DNA of 63,146 bases. It comes from Octopus sinensis (lineage: Eukaryota). The stretch spans positions 1-63,146 of the forward strand of contig NW_021831867.1 of assembly GCF_006345805.1 (NCBI RefSeq). Reading direction: 5' to 3'. Of this stretch, positions 35,891 through 51,222 are shown piece after piece. The translations under genes were made by a program, and so were the position numbers. Each line of letters begins with the position of its first letter. Position 1 is the stretch's first letter. Below the pieces are notes generated by a model, which ran no database searches, was not told the origin of the DNA, and was given only the letters and a program-made list of their open reading frames with translations.

Positions 35891-38001
35891 ATAATATTCA
35901 AGTTGGTATTGAATTAAATAGGACCGGTCTTTGTTTGCAAGAAAGCGGAGTTTATGTTCATAATGAATATTGTATGGCTCCATTCTCGACAATTTCAAAT
36001 GCATAGTTTGCGTTAATCTAGATTATATATCCCGTATTGAATACGTGAAATTTGCATGGTAGTAAGTCAAATTAAGTGTGCTTTAGTTCTGGATACTACT
36101 TTTATTCCCTAATCATTATAATTAGTGTTTTCTCATGCTCAGTTATTGGGGAGAAACTTACTTTTTTGAGAGTGGTATTCTTCAATCTATTTAATTTTGA
36201 ATTATTCCAAATAATCGAATATGGATTACTTGTTATGTTTAATTGTATATATTAAATGTTGTGTAATTTAGATTTGAAAGTGTATTAATAATCATTTACA
36301 TCTCTCAATTTAAATTATATTTATTGTTTTATTCAAATTATTTACATTGTCTGAGAATACAGTGGATACAATCCAAACAAATCAATTCTAGATAAGTACC
36401 ACTCAATTGTCTACTTAATCTATTAAATTTCTTCCCCCAAAATGTATATTATTTAATTCTACTGAGACATGACACAAATGACAGCGACCGAGATATTCAC
36501 AAATAAGGCATGTGATTTTTGTTGACATTAAATATCAGGGTGTTTGTTTTAGTGACAGATTTTAAGTATTGTTGTTTATTTGAATGCCGGTATAAAACCG
36601 CATTGACACATACAATGGTTCGTTTAAACTCATTTGTAAATCAGCAGCTGAAAAAAGGTCAGAAAAGTTATTTTTTCTACGATGATTTGTAATTGAGATT
36701 TATTTCAGCTAAGTATGCTTTTTCAATATTCCTGTTCTTTTATAAAATTGAATTACCAGTTTCAAATGTTGGCTATAATCCTTTGGGAAAAATCGAAATA
36801 CAATGTAAAAAATTCACATTCTCAAATGAATGCTGCCTATAAGCCATAAAATGCGTTTTCCTCTCAGGATAATTCCCTGAGTATAGTTTTCGCATAGTCA
36901 TTTCACGCAAACAAACAATTTTTCTAGTTATTTGGTCAACTTGTAATTTCATCAATTTCTTTTCCATAAGAAAATTGTTCAATACCTTATGAAAGGTAAA
37001 ATTAAAAATTATTAAATAAAGGGTAAATAAATATTAGGAAATTAAAATCGGAATCTGTTTACGGCTGGGCATAGAGATTTGGCAGCCCGATCATTGCAGA
37101 TGTAGACAACTCATCGACAGGATCCCGCTTAACGCCGCTGAATTCCCCTCAATGTTAGAACCGGTAGGACTTGACCGTGGGGACGGAAAACGCCCTAATG
37201 GGTCGACTTTATTCCCGTTCAGGGAGAGAATGGCATTCGTGTGGAATGTTACCAGACTCATTTTCCTCATCACCGTTGATGGACTCCGCTTCTCGTTCTG
37301 GATCTGCATCTGCCCTTGCCGAATTTAGAAAAACTGCAAAATATGGCTGTTTGATTGCTGCTTCATCTCTCTGACTTTCGAGACCAGTGGGATAATTGGA
37401 CCCCAAGCTTCAAACTCCTCTCAGAGATTGGTTTAATCATCTCGAGGAGGAGTCACAACAGTGGTGAAACGAGCTGGTTTTTCAGCGGACATCGTTCTCG
37501 ATATTACGTTGAAATTGTCTGTCCATCCGCTCGGCGACCCATCTAATCCAGTTAACTTCTTAATTTCGCCCCTGATATAGAATTTAAATAAGTTTGCTTC
37601 TTTTGTTTATTAAATTTAACATTGTAATTTCTGTTCTGATTATTTTTTACTTCAGCTGTTTTTTTGCCAGTTTCATCACTTAAAAAATGTGAAAGGATAC
37701 ATGTTTGTCAAATTTTCGGTTGAGTACTTTTATTTGTATGTCATTATTGTTTTAATCGAGAAGTTGTTTTTATTGTTACAAATTATAAAGTATACAATCC
37801 ATAGTCGAATAATCACTGGCCAGATTAGATATGTCGACTACGACCTCAGTTGTTTGCCTGAATGTCAGTTCTTAGAAATGTTGTATAGGATTTGTGTACG
37901 AGGGGAAAAATCAAAATTAATATCGAAAGTAAAGTATGTACAGATAATAAAACATTAGTGAACAATTAAAAGCCAATAATATTTGGAAAAAAAAATAAAT
38001 G

Positions 38002-38073
38002 CCCGTGATAGCTCAGTGGTAGAGCGGAGGACTGTAGATCCTTAGGTCCCCGGTTCGAATCCGGGTCGCGGGA
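38002..38073 (+). tRNA. tRNA-Tyr(GUA), intronless, copy 2
   Basis: Identical to 13420-13491. Confidence 0.97.
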
Positions 38074-41000
38074 ATTTTATTTTACATCATCGGTATAATT
38101 AAATTTACATTTTGTTTGTTCTTTTTATTTAACCCAAGAATGTGTTAAAAGATTAATCAATGAAAAGGCCTACGGCCTGACGGATCGCCAAACTGTTCCC
38201 CTGGATAACGGCGATCAAGAACCGTTGGAAAAGCCAGTCCACCTTCCGAGGATCGTGAGTGCGCATTGAGATTTTGACCTTGAGAGAAATTTTTCCGTCT
38301 TTGGATCAAGAGCACCCGACGTCTCCACCGCTATCGACAACACGAAAAACTCATCCGAAATGGCAGAATATTTGGTTAGCTTTAAATCTTCAACCTGCTT
38401 AGCAGCAGATTTAGCCTCTAGAGCACACGAAGTTAAATGTGAAGCAGAAAAAGTGTCCCAGCAGGTTGCATCCCATACGAAGACTTTTCCGCCCTCAAAA
38501 GGGAAAAGGGTCATCCCAACAGAACGTTCCCGTCACCGCGGTCAAGACCCGGTGGTTCGAGGACCGAAGGGAATCCCGCCGAATCAAGGGCCCTCCGTAT
38601 GATGTCATTCAAAGCAGAGTGTTTTGGAAACCATCCGGCACTCCTCCTGCACGATAAAGGATGCAAACCGAAAGGCTCAACAGGGCAGCCACAACGATAC
38701 ACGTGCGGGACACATTGCCTTAGCTCGAGGCGCAGAGAGATTCAAATTTTTACCGATTCATCGTCGAGGAGAGCGTTCGGGAATGCTCGAGCTGCAGATT
38801 GAAAATTTGCTTGCATCCTATTCGATCCCAGTTTCGTTGACATTTGATCTTCCGGAAAGTCAAGACCTTGTTTCCTCCAGACTTTGCTGAAATGAACCAC
38901 ATTTGTGTCCAAAGAAAAATTCAGAAAAGGTGCGTAGAATTTCCATGACAAGTGTGTGAATCACCAGCAGTTAAAAAAACATAAACTCTCAGCCACGGCG
39001 GCGAATCACGTAACAAGTATTGCAATGGATGTTGGGGCAATCAATAAGCGACTGAATGAAGGAAGTAGCCACCACGAGACATCAGTGGAACTTGTCAAAC
39101 ACACGAAAGCTGTATCCTGGCCCATGAATCTGGCAGAAAGAGGCGGATCGACAGCAAAGAAGAGATCATGAAGTTGAAATGTGTGTCAGCTTGTGGAATA
39201 TTGAGTGAATATAAGAATGGGGGGCCAACGGATATATTGTCCAGGATGAGTTTGGCAATGAAAATGGAGTGTTTGTTGTGGAGTACTCCTTTGGTGTCGC
39301 CACGGACTGTTCCGCCATTTCTATTGTCTTGTGAGCCATCTCCTTCACTTCGCAGTGAAAAACTGCCAAGTTGAAGAAAGGCCCTAGTCGGTTGAGGTTG
39401 TCGGGCTGCAGAGAGAACAGAGACAATTAATGTGCTTACGAATAGGCCTCTAAGATTTGTATCACCTCCTCTACACATGTAAAATGGGAGATTTTCTTGG
39501 TGGGGTCGACTATTTCCGTCTTGTAGCAGAGATGGTCGTCGACTGTTTTGTAGTACAGTCCGACCTCGATTTGGAACAGACCTTGGGGCTGGAATACTTC
39601 AGTTTTTGGAACAACCTCAGTTTTTGGAACACTTTGTAGGATCTCTGCCTAGATTCTAGGTTCCAAATCGAGGTTTTCATTTAAAATGACTTTTGGTTAA
39701 CGGTGGTCTTTGGAATAAATTTTGATTTGATTTATTCTAGGCCAGGGGTGTCAAACTCATTTCGCTTTGAGGGCCGCATTTATAATAATTTCTCATTAAG
39801 GGAAGATTAGTTCTGATATTTATTATGATGAATAACCAAAATAAGAGAAACTAAAATTTAGTTTTAGTTAATAATTTAGTTACTAAATTATTCAATTATC
39901 GCTTTTTAATTTTGGTGAGAGTTGCTTCCAGAGGATTGACAACTTTTTAAGTTTTTAAACTTTCCAGGAAGATATGAAAAGAAAGCAGGTATTCTAACCT
40001 CCAAATATTTAGCTTTAAGTATAGAATCTGAGTGGATTAGTTCCATTTGTAAACTTTCATCTGCATTAGAAACATTAAAAGAGAATGGTGATGCGAATAG
40101 TAAAAATTGTTGTTCAAAAGACGAAAAATCATTAAATCTTTCTTGAAATTCCTTTAACACCGATTCCATTTTTAATATCTTTGAGCACAAATATTGCTGA
40201 TAAATAATACAATGAAAATGAGCAAATGATGACCCGGGATAGACCTCATCAAGCGAGTCCCCTCTTGGTCTTCCAGGCTTCAGTATCGGCCTTATTAAGG
40301 CCTGTTTCCATAAAGCCGGAATCACGTTGTTGTTAATAGAATGGTTGAAGATTGCTGTTAGAAATCTGACACCTTCGACGCCGAGGTTTTTTAATAGGAT
40401 CACCGGGATTTTGTCCGAGCCGTCAGAGTAAAAAGGTTTTGTTGAGTGCAAGGTATCTTCCACCTCCTTTACCGAGAGGAGGAGCGGTTCAGCCCGTTTT
40501 TTTAGGCTTCTGTTGGAGGGGAGTGAGTCGGATTTCCTGTGATCTTTATGTGCATTTTTCGCATAGAAATTCATGAGGTTGTTCACGTCTTTTTTATCAA
40601 AATCTTCGAAAGGTTCGGGAGCGTCCCCCCTGACCACGTGCCGAATGGCTTTCCACACTTCACCCGTTGAACGATTGCGGTTCACGGTAGAAAGAATTCG
40701 ATTCCATTTCAAATAGGTGTGTCTGAGTTCATTGGACTTCAGTTCCTTGTTTAAGTGTCAGAAGACATCCGGTTTGACCTTTTGAGGCGATTTCTCTCCT
40801 TGGCCAGACCGGATATCCTTCGACTACAAGCAGCGAGAGGTGGACGTTTAGGAATAGCCATTGCTCTTGCTTCCAGAATGATCTTCGAGAAGAAGCCAAT
40901 GGCTTTGCCGAGAAAGCTAAAGTTGCAAAGATTGCAATTTTTTAGTCTCGTGTTCAATGTTCGTGTTACATATAAAACAATGTATTTTTCCATCAACCAT

Positions 41001-41538
41001 TGTGCAAAAATAGAGAAGTTCCCATTTATCTTGAAACACCCTCCGTTCATCTTTCAAGGAGCGTTTCTATTTTATTCCAGAAGAAGCACGTGACATTAAC
41101 AAACACGATTTAAAAATACAATTAAAATTTTAATTAAATGTAAAAAAATAAAAAATAATTTTTTGCATTTTATAGCCATTAAATCAGACCGCACTTATGT
41201 TTGGTAAAGTACGCTGAGGGTCGCACCTATGTCTTTCGAGGGCCATATGCGGCCCGCGGGCCGCATGTTTGACACCCCTGTTATAGAACAAGTTGTAGAC
41301 GAAGTGTTGGAAAATACGGAAAACAGCGATAATGAAGAAATTTTTTACAGTGGTATGCAAAATAAACAGACTACGGTCAAAGAAGTAGTAACAAAAGTGA
41401 ATGAATTGGAAGAATCAGTTCTAGACATAGCTCCAATTTTGTTAAATGATTTTTACTGTTTCAGACAAAATTTGTTCAAATCAAAATCAAATCCAAATTT
41501 ATTCCAAAGACCACCGTTAACCAAAAAAAAATTAACTA

Positions 41539-43222
41539 TACCATTTACAAGTCAATTTTGCTGCTGAGAACATCATTTTTGCAATCTGGAAATTAAATTT
41601 GCAGCCAAGAATGTCAATTTTGCATGTAAGAAATCCGGTTTGCGGTTAGGAAAATCATTTTTGCAAATAGTAAATGAATTTTGCGGCTGGGAAAATCGAT
41701 TTTCCAATCAAGAAATTAAATTTGCGGTCATGAAAACCAATTTTGCAAGTGAGAAATTCTATTTTGCAAGAAATTTTTATTACAAAAAAGAATTGTCAGT
41801 TAAATCTTCACATCGAATAACTGAGGGGTAATATCTCTCCACATGATTCGAGAATTCCATTAACTTTTGTGGAGTTAATACTTCTTTTGCCTCAATTACA
41901 ATCCTTTCCAAGATTCTCATTCTGAATTCGGTTATTGACAGTCCCTCTGCAGTTTTTTTATAATTTATAATTATATCCATATTTTCACGAATTCTTTTTT
42001 TTACATCAGCTTTGAATGAACTCCAAGCAAGTTCTATTGGGTTGATTAAATTAAAATATGGCGCTAGTCTTAATAATTCACTTTTTTCTCCTGAATTTAT
42101 TACAGACTCAAGTTGACTGTGAATAGGAGCATTATCAATTACGAATGTTGGATGTGTAGCTCTTGATTCATCACATTCATTAATAAGTTGCTTAAACCAT
42201 GTTTTACAGGACTCCCCTGTATATGAGCCTCTTCTGCACTTAAAATTATATATTTGTGACGATGACATTGCAGCTATACAATGTAAATTTGATCCTCTGC
42301 TACTAGATGCAAGAACAATAGACCGACATCCAATTTTTGAACGTCCTTCTTTACAACGACAAAATAAATTAAAATTTGACTCATCTATCTAAATTATAGT
42401 TCTTCCTTTAGATCTCGCATTCAAAAGACGTGTTAAATACTCCATTCTTTTTATTTTCCTCTGTATTCATGTTAATTGTGATTGGCTGAATTGATTTCAA
42501 TGAAATTAATTGTCCATCAAGCCAATTTTTTACTGTATTTAAACAAACAGTAACATTGAATTGAGTTGAATTTTTTCAGTACACTTGACCAGTGAGATCT
42601 GTCAATCACATTCAATCCAACTTAATAGAGCAGATATAATTTCTTCACTTTTTTTACTCCAAATCTTTCCTCCTTTAGGAAGTAATTCAATTTTTTTATT
42701 TTTAATCCAATAATATGCGGTTCTTTCTTTCACTCCCAAAGACCTGCATAAAGAGCGCCAATCTCCATCTCTATCGTGTGTGTCTATGATCAATTTCCGT
42801 TTTTCCATTGAATATTTTTCGTAATGTCCTCTTCCTTGTCTGTTTATGCAAATGTCTTCTGTACCATTTTCTTGTGAATTTTCGGAGGCTTCTCGATTTT
42901 GTGCCATTTTTAATTTAATTTTAAACGTAAAAATACTTGATATATATTGTTTAAACGCATTAATGTTTCGTCAAGGTTATACAAAATGAATTTGCAAAAT
43001 TAAATTTCCTACTTGCTAAATTAATATTCCTACTAGCAAAATTGATTTTCCTAGCCGCAAATTAAATTTCCCACTTGCAAAACCGATTTTCATGACCGCA
43101 AATTAATTTTCTTGATTGCAAAATTGACTTTCTTAACCGCAAAAATCATTTCTTACTTGCAGAAATGAGTTTACTGACCGCAAATTAAATTTCGTACATG
43201 CAAAATAGAGTTGTAAATGGTA
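41539..43222 (-). mobile_element. IS630/Tc1-mariner superfamily transposon with subterminal 21-bp repeat arrays; transposase disrupted
   Basis: TIR TACCATTTACAA..TTGTAAATGGTA with TA TSD; HTH ORF at 42602-42907; IDESNFNLF, VIDNAPIH and NPIE catalytic motifs; in-frame stops. Empty site in copy 1 near 18015. Confidence 0.92.
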
Positions 43223-46200
43223 TAGGTGATCCTGACGAATTTTATTTATTGCTCTCAGCTTCGCTCTGTGCTGCTCTCTTGAGCCCACACAAGATCGTTG
43301 AGGGCGGATCGTTCCTTTATACCATTGATGCCCTTTTGTATTCTTCTCAATGAGAGTTTCGAAAGAGATTGGTGGTTTGATAGCTTCACCTGTATACCAC
43401 CTTTCGGTAAGTGTGAAAGCTTCTTTCTGGGTTGCGGAGATTTTACGGATGTTTGTATTCGAAATCAGTGGCCCCCATGAGGCACAAACATATGAGATAC
43501 ATGGTTCGATATACTGTGAGTAGAGTGTTTTAAGTATAGGGTGATTTCCTATTTTCAATAGACCAGTTAGGCATTTCAGGAGGTTGATTTTCTTTTCACA
43601 TTTGTTCAGCACATTTGTGACATGTTTAGAGAAGTTCATGTGCGTGTCATAAGTTAATCCCAATATCTTTTGCTGAAAGGTAATACTCTTCCCTCCACAA
43701 CAACTTTGATTGAAGTTTTCGATAGTCTTTTGGCTGAGGAGTAGAGAGTTGTGACAGATTTTTCTGTGTTGATCGACATCCGGTTTACGTTAAACCACTC
43801 AACTAGGTGATCCAGGTTTTGTTGTAATCTTCCTTTTGCTGTTTGGATGTTCTGGTCCCGTGATGCCAATACAATGTCATCTGCATAGGCCAGAAGCAGA
43901 TCGCCATTAGGCGTCGGAATATCGGCCGTAAACAATTTGAATAGGAGAGGTGATAATGGTGAGCCCTGGGGTACACCATTTGGGAATAGACGGGAAATGG
44001 AACGAATGTTTCCAAAGCATACTTTTCCTCTTCGACCGCTGAGGAAGTTAGTCAACCAGAGCTTGAGGTCTTCAGGGATGTTTGATTGGTAGATTTTCCA
44101 TGCTAGGTTTTTTCTAGGCACAGCGTCGAAGGCTTTGTGGATATCCAGCGAACAAAGTACAGTTTTCTGATGTCTTGGCTTGCACGAAATGCCAGAACGG
44201 ATAAAGTTAGTCAAGGAGCTAAGGAAGCTTGCAGTGGAACAATCTTTTTTGAATCCATGCTGTTAATGATTCTCGTGAGGATGAGTTTTTCCAGAGTTTT
44301 TGACATGGAACATAATAGGGAAATTGGCCTGAAGGAGGCCGGGTCTTGTTTTGGTTTTCCACTCTTCAAAATTGGGCGGATGTTCGCCAATTTCCAAATC
44401 GTTGGGATTGAGTTGTAGTTAATCGACCAATTGTAGATTTTGTGAGAACACTGATTCCCTCATTCCCTATGTTTTTCAGGAGAATTATAGGAATGCCGTC
44501 GGGACCATGTGAATATGTTACTTTTGTTTGGTGTAGGGATTCCAATACTTCTTTTTCAGTGAAATGAGTTGAATGTTTACTTTTCAGCTTCCTTAGCGGC
44601 GGTTTGGAAAGGTCAGTCTTCATACGATCCTTGTAAGAGATTTTCGCGTAGTATTTTATTAAGGCATTTAGGTCTTTTTGGCTGAATTCGTCATCTCCAG
44701 GTGTTTCCTCATTAGCCTTCGAGATGTTCCGAATAGATTTCCAGATCTCGGATGTCGACCGATTACGGTTTAGGGACGTAAGTACTTTCCTTTATTTCGC
44801 TCTTTGAGTTTTGAATTCACTAGCTTTTATTTTGTCGTTCAACAGTTTCAAACAGATTTTTGCATCGGGGTTCGGATCCCTACTTTTTTAAGACGATTTC
44901 TTTCCTTGACAAGAGACTTCCTTCCATAGTTACATGTGTTTAGTAGTTTGAAGAAAAATTATGGTTATGGAAAAAGGATCGATGACTATTTTTTAATAAA
45001 TAATAATATTTAAGACTTTTTTGCATTAATTAAATTATTAAATTTATATATATATGGTTGTTGTGGTGTTGTGCATGTCCGTTTTTATCAATAAGAAGAA
45101 AACGAATCCCATGGGCCTTTCTGCAGAATCAAATAATAAAAACAGTATAGTGGATGCAGGAGTGTTGTCTCTGTGGCTGGATAACGGCACAAGAACTAAT
45201 ATTAACAATAATCCTACAGTTGGAAGTCGTGCTGCACCAACTAACTTTCATTCCCTGTCCGCCATTATTAAGGATGTCAAGTGTGTCTCTGAGACTGAAT
45301 GGGTGTCTCAGGTGTTCTATGCTATCAAAGAAAGATTTGGAAGGATGCCTAGAGGTGGCTGGGATCTCATTCTGAAAGAGTTCAATGAAAAATACTTAAA
45401 GTGCTCAAGTCTATGACAACTAAAAAAATGGTCAAACCACTAAATGGGAATCAAAATGTAGGGAAAAGAGGCGATTGTAGTGAAGGAAAATCTAACATGA
45501 ATATTGAAATTTCTAACTTCAAGAATTGTCTAGAAGAACTCAAAGTCCAACTCGAAAGAATCAAATCTATTCCTAGAGAGTCTCGAAAACCTACCCCAAA
45601 AATCCAAAAAAATAAAGTGAAAACTAATATTCTGTCGGGATTGAATTCTGCAATTTATCGTATTACAGAAGATAATCCTCCACAAAATATGGATCAGATT
45701 ACAGACATATTATATGCTGCACAGTGTGCTTATTTGGCCTTAACTATAAGGCCAAAACAAAAAGCACATGGTTGGAAAACACAGAAAACAAAATTTCGAA
45801 ATTAGCAGCTGAAATTAAATTAGTGAATTCCTTTTCGAGACAAGCATTACCTCAATCTGAAAAGAAAAATGTAATGGATATTCTTTGCCGCTACGGATAT
45901 AAGAAATCTAAGAAGGGAGAGCTAATGAGAATTGAGGCTTTAATGATGATCTAATCAGAATTAAAGATAAACAAATATCCATTTATAACTCGAGGAAAGA
46001 GTTCCGAAAAGACAATGCGTGCTTCGAATTAAACCGCAGAAGGTTTTACCGAAACTTATCGTCGAATAATGAAGTAACCTTATATGGCTTTGATGATAAT
46101 GAGTGTTTGTTATTCTGGGAGGACGTCTGGAGAAAGAGAAATATGGATCACGTTTCGTATAATTGTGTGGATGTGAGGTCTACCGGTGGTGAAGCTATAG

Positions 46201-49200
46201 AACCTCAATTCACAAATGAGTTGGTTAAAGATATGCTCAAATATGTGCCTGATTGGAAGGCGTGCGGATGCGATGGAACATATAACTTTTTCATCAAGAA
46301 AATGGAATCATTACATGAATTCTTGTGTAATGAAGTAATCCGGATAATCAAGGGTGAGTACATGCCCGAGAGTTGGTTTTACACGGGATTAACTTACTTG
46401 ATTCCAAAAAGGATGATTGTGAGAATCCAAAGGATTTACGTCCTATAACGTGTATGCCAACTTTGTACAAGCTTGTAACGAAGTGTGTGAATGCTAAACT
46501 CTTTGACTTTGTGGATGGATTTGGGCTGATTTCAGACAATCAACTCGAAACCAGAAAGCAATGTCAGGGTGCGAAAGAGCAAGCATTTATTAATCAATGC
46601 TTGAACAAGGAATATGGAAACAGTCTGTACTCTGCTTGGGTGGATGTAAAGAAAGCCTTTGACTCGGTTGATCACCAATTTTTATTTCACATAATGGACA
46701 GCTCTGGAATTCCACTCTGGATTATTAACTTTGTGAAAAGTATAGTCAAGAAGTGGAAAGTAAATCTACACCTTGATGGAAGAAAAATTGGTTCAATAAA
46801 GCTAACTCGAGGAATTTTACAAGGAGATTCATTATCCCCATTGCTATTTGTTATGGTAATGGATCCCCTAAGCAGGATCCTGAACTCTAAATTTCCCAAA
46901 TTGCAAATTAATCAGGAGGATCTAAATATGCTGACATATTCTACCAATCACCTATTTTTTATTGACGATCTAAAGATATTTGCTCTCAAAGAAGACACTG
47001 TTATTAAAATGGTGGAAGCTGTTAAAGAATTTTTCGACATTGTTGGCCTGGAGATGAACTCTGAAAAATCGGCCTCTAATGTCAAATCTTTATCATGCTG
47101 TGAGACTTTGGAAGGAATCAATGGATATCGCTATTTGGGAGTATTTGAAGATGGAGGAAGTAATGTCCTCAAGAATAAAGTTATGGATTCAATAATGGAG
47201 AATGTAAAAAAATAACTATGTTGTCAAAAACAAAATTGAATTCGGTGAATTTATTCTATGCCATAAATGAATATGCATTGTCCCTATATAATTATTATAT
47301 TGGGCTAATTAATATCGAGCCATATGAATTTGATGACATTGATAAACAAATACGTCGACTGCTCATGACACTCAAGTTACATTCCAGCCTGCAAATAAAG
47401 AAAGGCTGTATTTAGACCGCAAAACTTTTGGAAGAGGACTTGCCTCCATCTCGTTCAAGAGCGAATTAATACTCATGCAATTTCTTAAAAGCTTGGAAAG
47501 ACAGTCGGCTGTGTGTTTGCGAAGGTCGGGGATTCTGCGAGTTATTAAAACAAAGAAATGGCATTTGACTACAATCGCAGGATTTCTTACCTCTAAATAC
47601 GCTATTGCTGACACAGAAAGCATAGATATTAATTTTCTCCAAGACATTCAGAAAAAATATTTGCTAAACAAAATAAAGTCCAAGTACTACACTCTGTTAT
47701 GTTCAAATGCTTGAATGAATCAAATGTCGATCTTTCTACTTCCTCAGAATGGTTAGCCAAAGGAAATAATGGCCCCCGAAGTGAAGCATTATACTGCCTT
47801 CTGCAAGATAGAAATTTGTTTTTTGCAAACACGAGGCCGTTATGCAATCATTGTAAAAAAAGTAAACAAACTGTTGATCATCTGGCCACACAGTGTGGTA
47901 AAATGCTCAATAGCGATTACCTCCGAAGACATGACGAGGTGGTTAAATGTGTCCATCTTCATATTTGTCGAATGTATGGAATCAAAAAGAACAGGAAATT
48001 AAAGACTCATTCAGTTCAGTCGATATTGTCAACTCAAAATGTAGAAATTAAAGTTGACACGTCAATTATAACAGAAAATAAAGTCAACTTCAATAAACCG
48101 GATATCTTTGTTTATGACAAGATTAAAAAGGAAATAACCTTAATCGAGGTGGGCATAACATCTCAGGACCGCTTAAAACAAGTGGAAGTTGAGAAACTTC
48201 AAAATATGATTTCCTTGCAAATGAACTGTCACTACTCTACGAATGCCAAGTTAAAATTATTCCTGTGGTTCTGACCTGGGATGGTGTTGTCACAAGATGC
48301 TTCAAAAATTATATGGATAAACTATATATTGAAAAATCTACAATGACATACATCCAATCGATTGTGCTCAAAAGGACGCTAGAGAGCATGATAATTGAAC
48401 ACAAGCATGGAATGAAGATAACTGGCGAGGAATATACCTCTGCGACCGATCAACTAGTAGAAATGGCATGCCGCCAGGAATTCATTCAAAGATAAAAGAC
48501 GCACAACAACCGACGCAGAGATAGAGAATGAAGAGGAACAAGCAGCAGACTCTTCTCCTAAAAGGAGAAGAGAGACTATCAATCAGGATTGAAAGTCCTA
48601 ATTAATTAAATATTTTAATCTTAATTAATTTTGGTTTCGTAAATAAACGTCTTAATTAAATTTATATTGATATTAATTTTTTGACAAAACCTCAGTTTTT
48701 GGAACACTTAGTGTTCCAATTCAAGGTCGGACTGTATTACACCCTAATCTCGGGTGAGTGAGATTGGTGGGGCAGTCCAACACTTGCTCACAGTACTGCA
48801 AACTTCTTCCCTCTCCTTCTCAATCATTCTATATTATCAGACATCTCGTCAATCGATTTCAGCAGTCGGTGCGACGTAGGTGGCATCCAATCCGTGTTTT
48901 GTAGGTAATTGAAACCAGGCATTTCTCCTCTTGCTCAATTCTCTACAATTCCTTTGTTAATCATCTTGACTGCTTCCGAAACAGAAACCACTGCGACACC
49001 GCTTGCCTAAAATTTTTTCTTATATGCTATCCGTGGATTAGCACTGCATGGATGGACGTAAATAATACACAATCTCTCTCTGCTTTAATAAATGTGGCAT
49101 TCCAGTAAAAATATATGATTTAAACGACAGTAATGAAAAAAATAGTGTTCTATCTTTTTGTGAATAGGGACGGAGTAGGTTTAAAAGTATTACAAAGTGT

Positions 49201-51222
49201 TCAATCTCCTATATCGAAAGATTATTTATTCAAGGCCCGACAAGAACATACATTCTGGCATTTGTAATGAAAAAGACACTAGAAAGCATCGTTCTGGAGC
49301 ATAGGAATGGGAATTAATATGCCTAATAAAGAAGTCATTACGGCAGTTGTTTGCAATGACAAACTAATAATGCGAAAACCCCAGATGAAACAAATTGACA
49401 AGTTATAAATGACTCTGAGCATGAAAGTAAATGTGGAAATAATGAGTTATGGAGTCCCCTCAAGATGAGAAAAATTTCCAAAAACTAGGATCAATAATTA
49501 CTTAATTTCTTATTATTTTCGGTTTTGGATTTAGTTAATAAAGTTTTTAATTTATTTGTTGTCTAACCAATGAGTTATTCGCAATAAAATATTAGCCTTA
49601 ATTAGAATGCTTTCACTTGTCCTACTTTTGGTTGACTTAGTGGTCCAAAGAGACTGTGATTTAACACAACAGTTTTTGAAAAATTTCTTATTTGAATCAG
49701 AGTTTTGCAAAACTGTGAATTCAATGGAGCAAATGCTGCAGAACATAACACAATAATTGCAATTTCTAGCAACGTTCTATTTCCAAATGGAGAAATATTC
49801 TCGAATTTAACGTACTTGGAGCAATTGTAATCAACATTTTATTAACACTAGTCACTGTCGTGGAGACTCGCTAAAGAGAATACTAAACAACTCATTTGAC
49901 GGGTTGATTCACCTACGCCATATGTACATTCAAATATTTTGAATCATTAGAGAACTGCAATCCTGTAGTGACCTTCGTTACGTGAACGTAGATGCCTTTG
50001 CAAGTCTAGTCGGATCATTAAGCCTGTACAAATCTTATTCTAACATTAAAGTGACATGCCATTAAATACCATTTTCCTGAGGCCAAAAATCAGTCTTCCC
50101 CTCTACATGAGGTATTTTAACTTACTGACTTTGTAGTATTATTGACGGCCAGAAAATGTGCATATTCACAAATGGGTCCCAACCCATAATGTATACTTAT
50201 ATATTCAAATATAAGGATTACAACAGTGACAAATCAGCTAGATATCAAATTAACTGATAAAAGTGTAGAAATGGATCCATTTGCAACAACAGACGCAACA
50301 CTAATAATCACTGAGGAAGCCTATGGTGTGTTAGTTTACTCACAATAGATTGCAACCTCTGCCGATATCCCGCATCAAGCAATCTTCTATGCTGGAAGGA
50401 TTGCTTTTGACCTACATTTCGGATGTTACTAATTGACTAACCTAATTATTTGCTTTAATATTTCCTTGTTCCTCTTTTGCGACACCACTTGCCAAAAATT
50501 CTTTTTTAGATGCTATTAATGGATTAGCACAGCTTAGATAGATGTGAAATAAAACACAATCTTCCCCTGCTTAATAAGTCTGGCATTCCTGTAAAAATGT
50601 AATTTACACAACAATCATGCAAACAATTTAGTGTTCATATCCCTCATGAATAAACTAGTCGATAATGACGTGACAGAAGAAGAATTTGTCAACTTGGACT
50701 TTTAACTACCCACTGAAAATCTCAATGAATAGGAATCATTCCCCGTTGGCCAATACAAACAGTCTCAGCTTCTGAAGATAATGACGATGACTCAGATAAG
50801 CAAACAGGCCAGAAAATATAGAGAAATTACTACGCACAAATGTTCAAAAAATGCTAAATCTACCACTTTGTTTGCATTCAAGACCCTGCATTACTCGATC
50901 CCGTCGACAGACTGATCTATCCAAAAATAAAACGATTGCTAAATCGAGGCTAAAAACGAGCCAATCCTTATTGACAAATTTTTATTAATATCACTTTGTC
51001 GTTATAAGTAAATTTGATGTGCAATATACCGGTCTCCTCTCTATAGGAATCGGTTTAGAGTGATTTGATTGTATATAATAAAATTATTTGTCACCCTTCG
51101 TCCCCTTTGTCGTATATTTATTTTGAAGGAATAATAATTAAGTAATAATGAAATGACATAAAAATAAAGGAATTGTTGTTTGGTTGTGTGGTATGCCCAA
51201 TAAGTGATCTCTGTTTAGTAGG

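Larger units (their letters stand above)
29549..50606 (+). repeat. Segmental duplication, copy 2
   Basis: See copy 1. This copy lacks the two RTE and two hAT insertions and carries a Tc1-like insertion. Confidence 0.95.
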
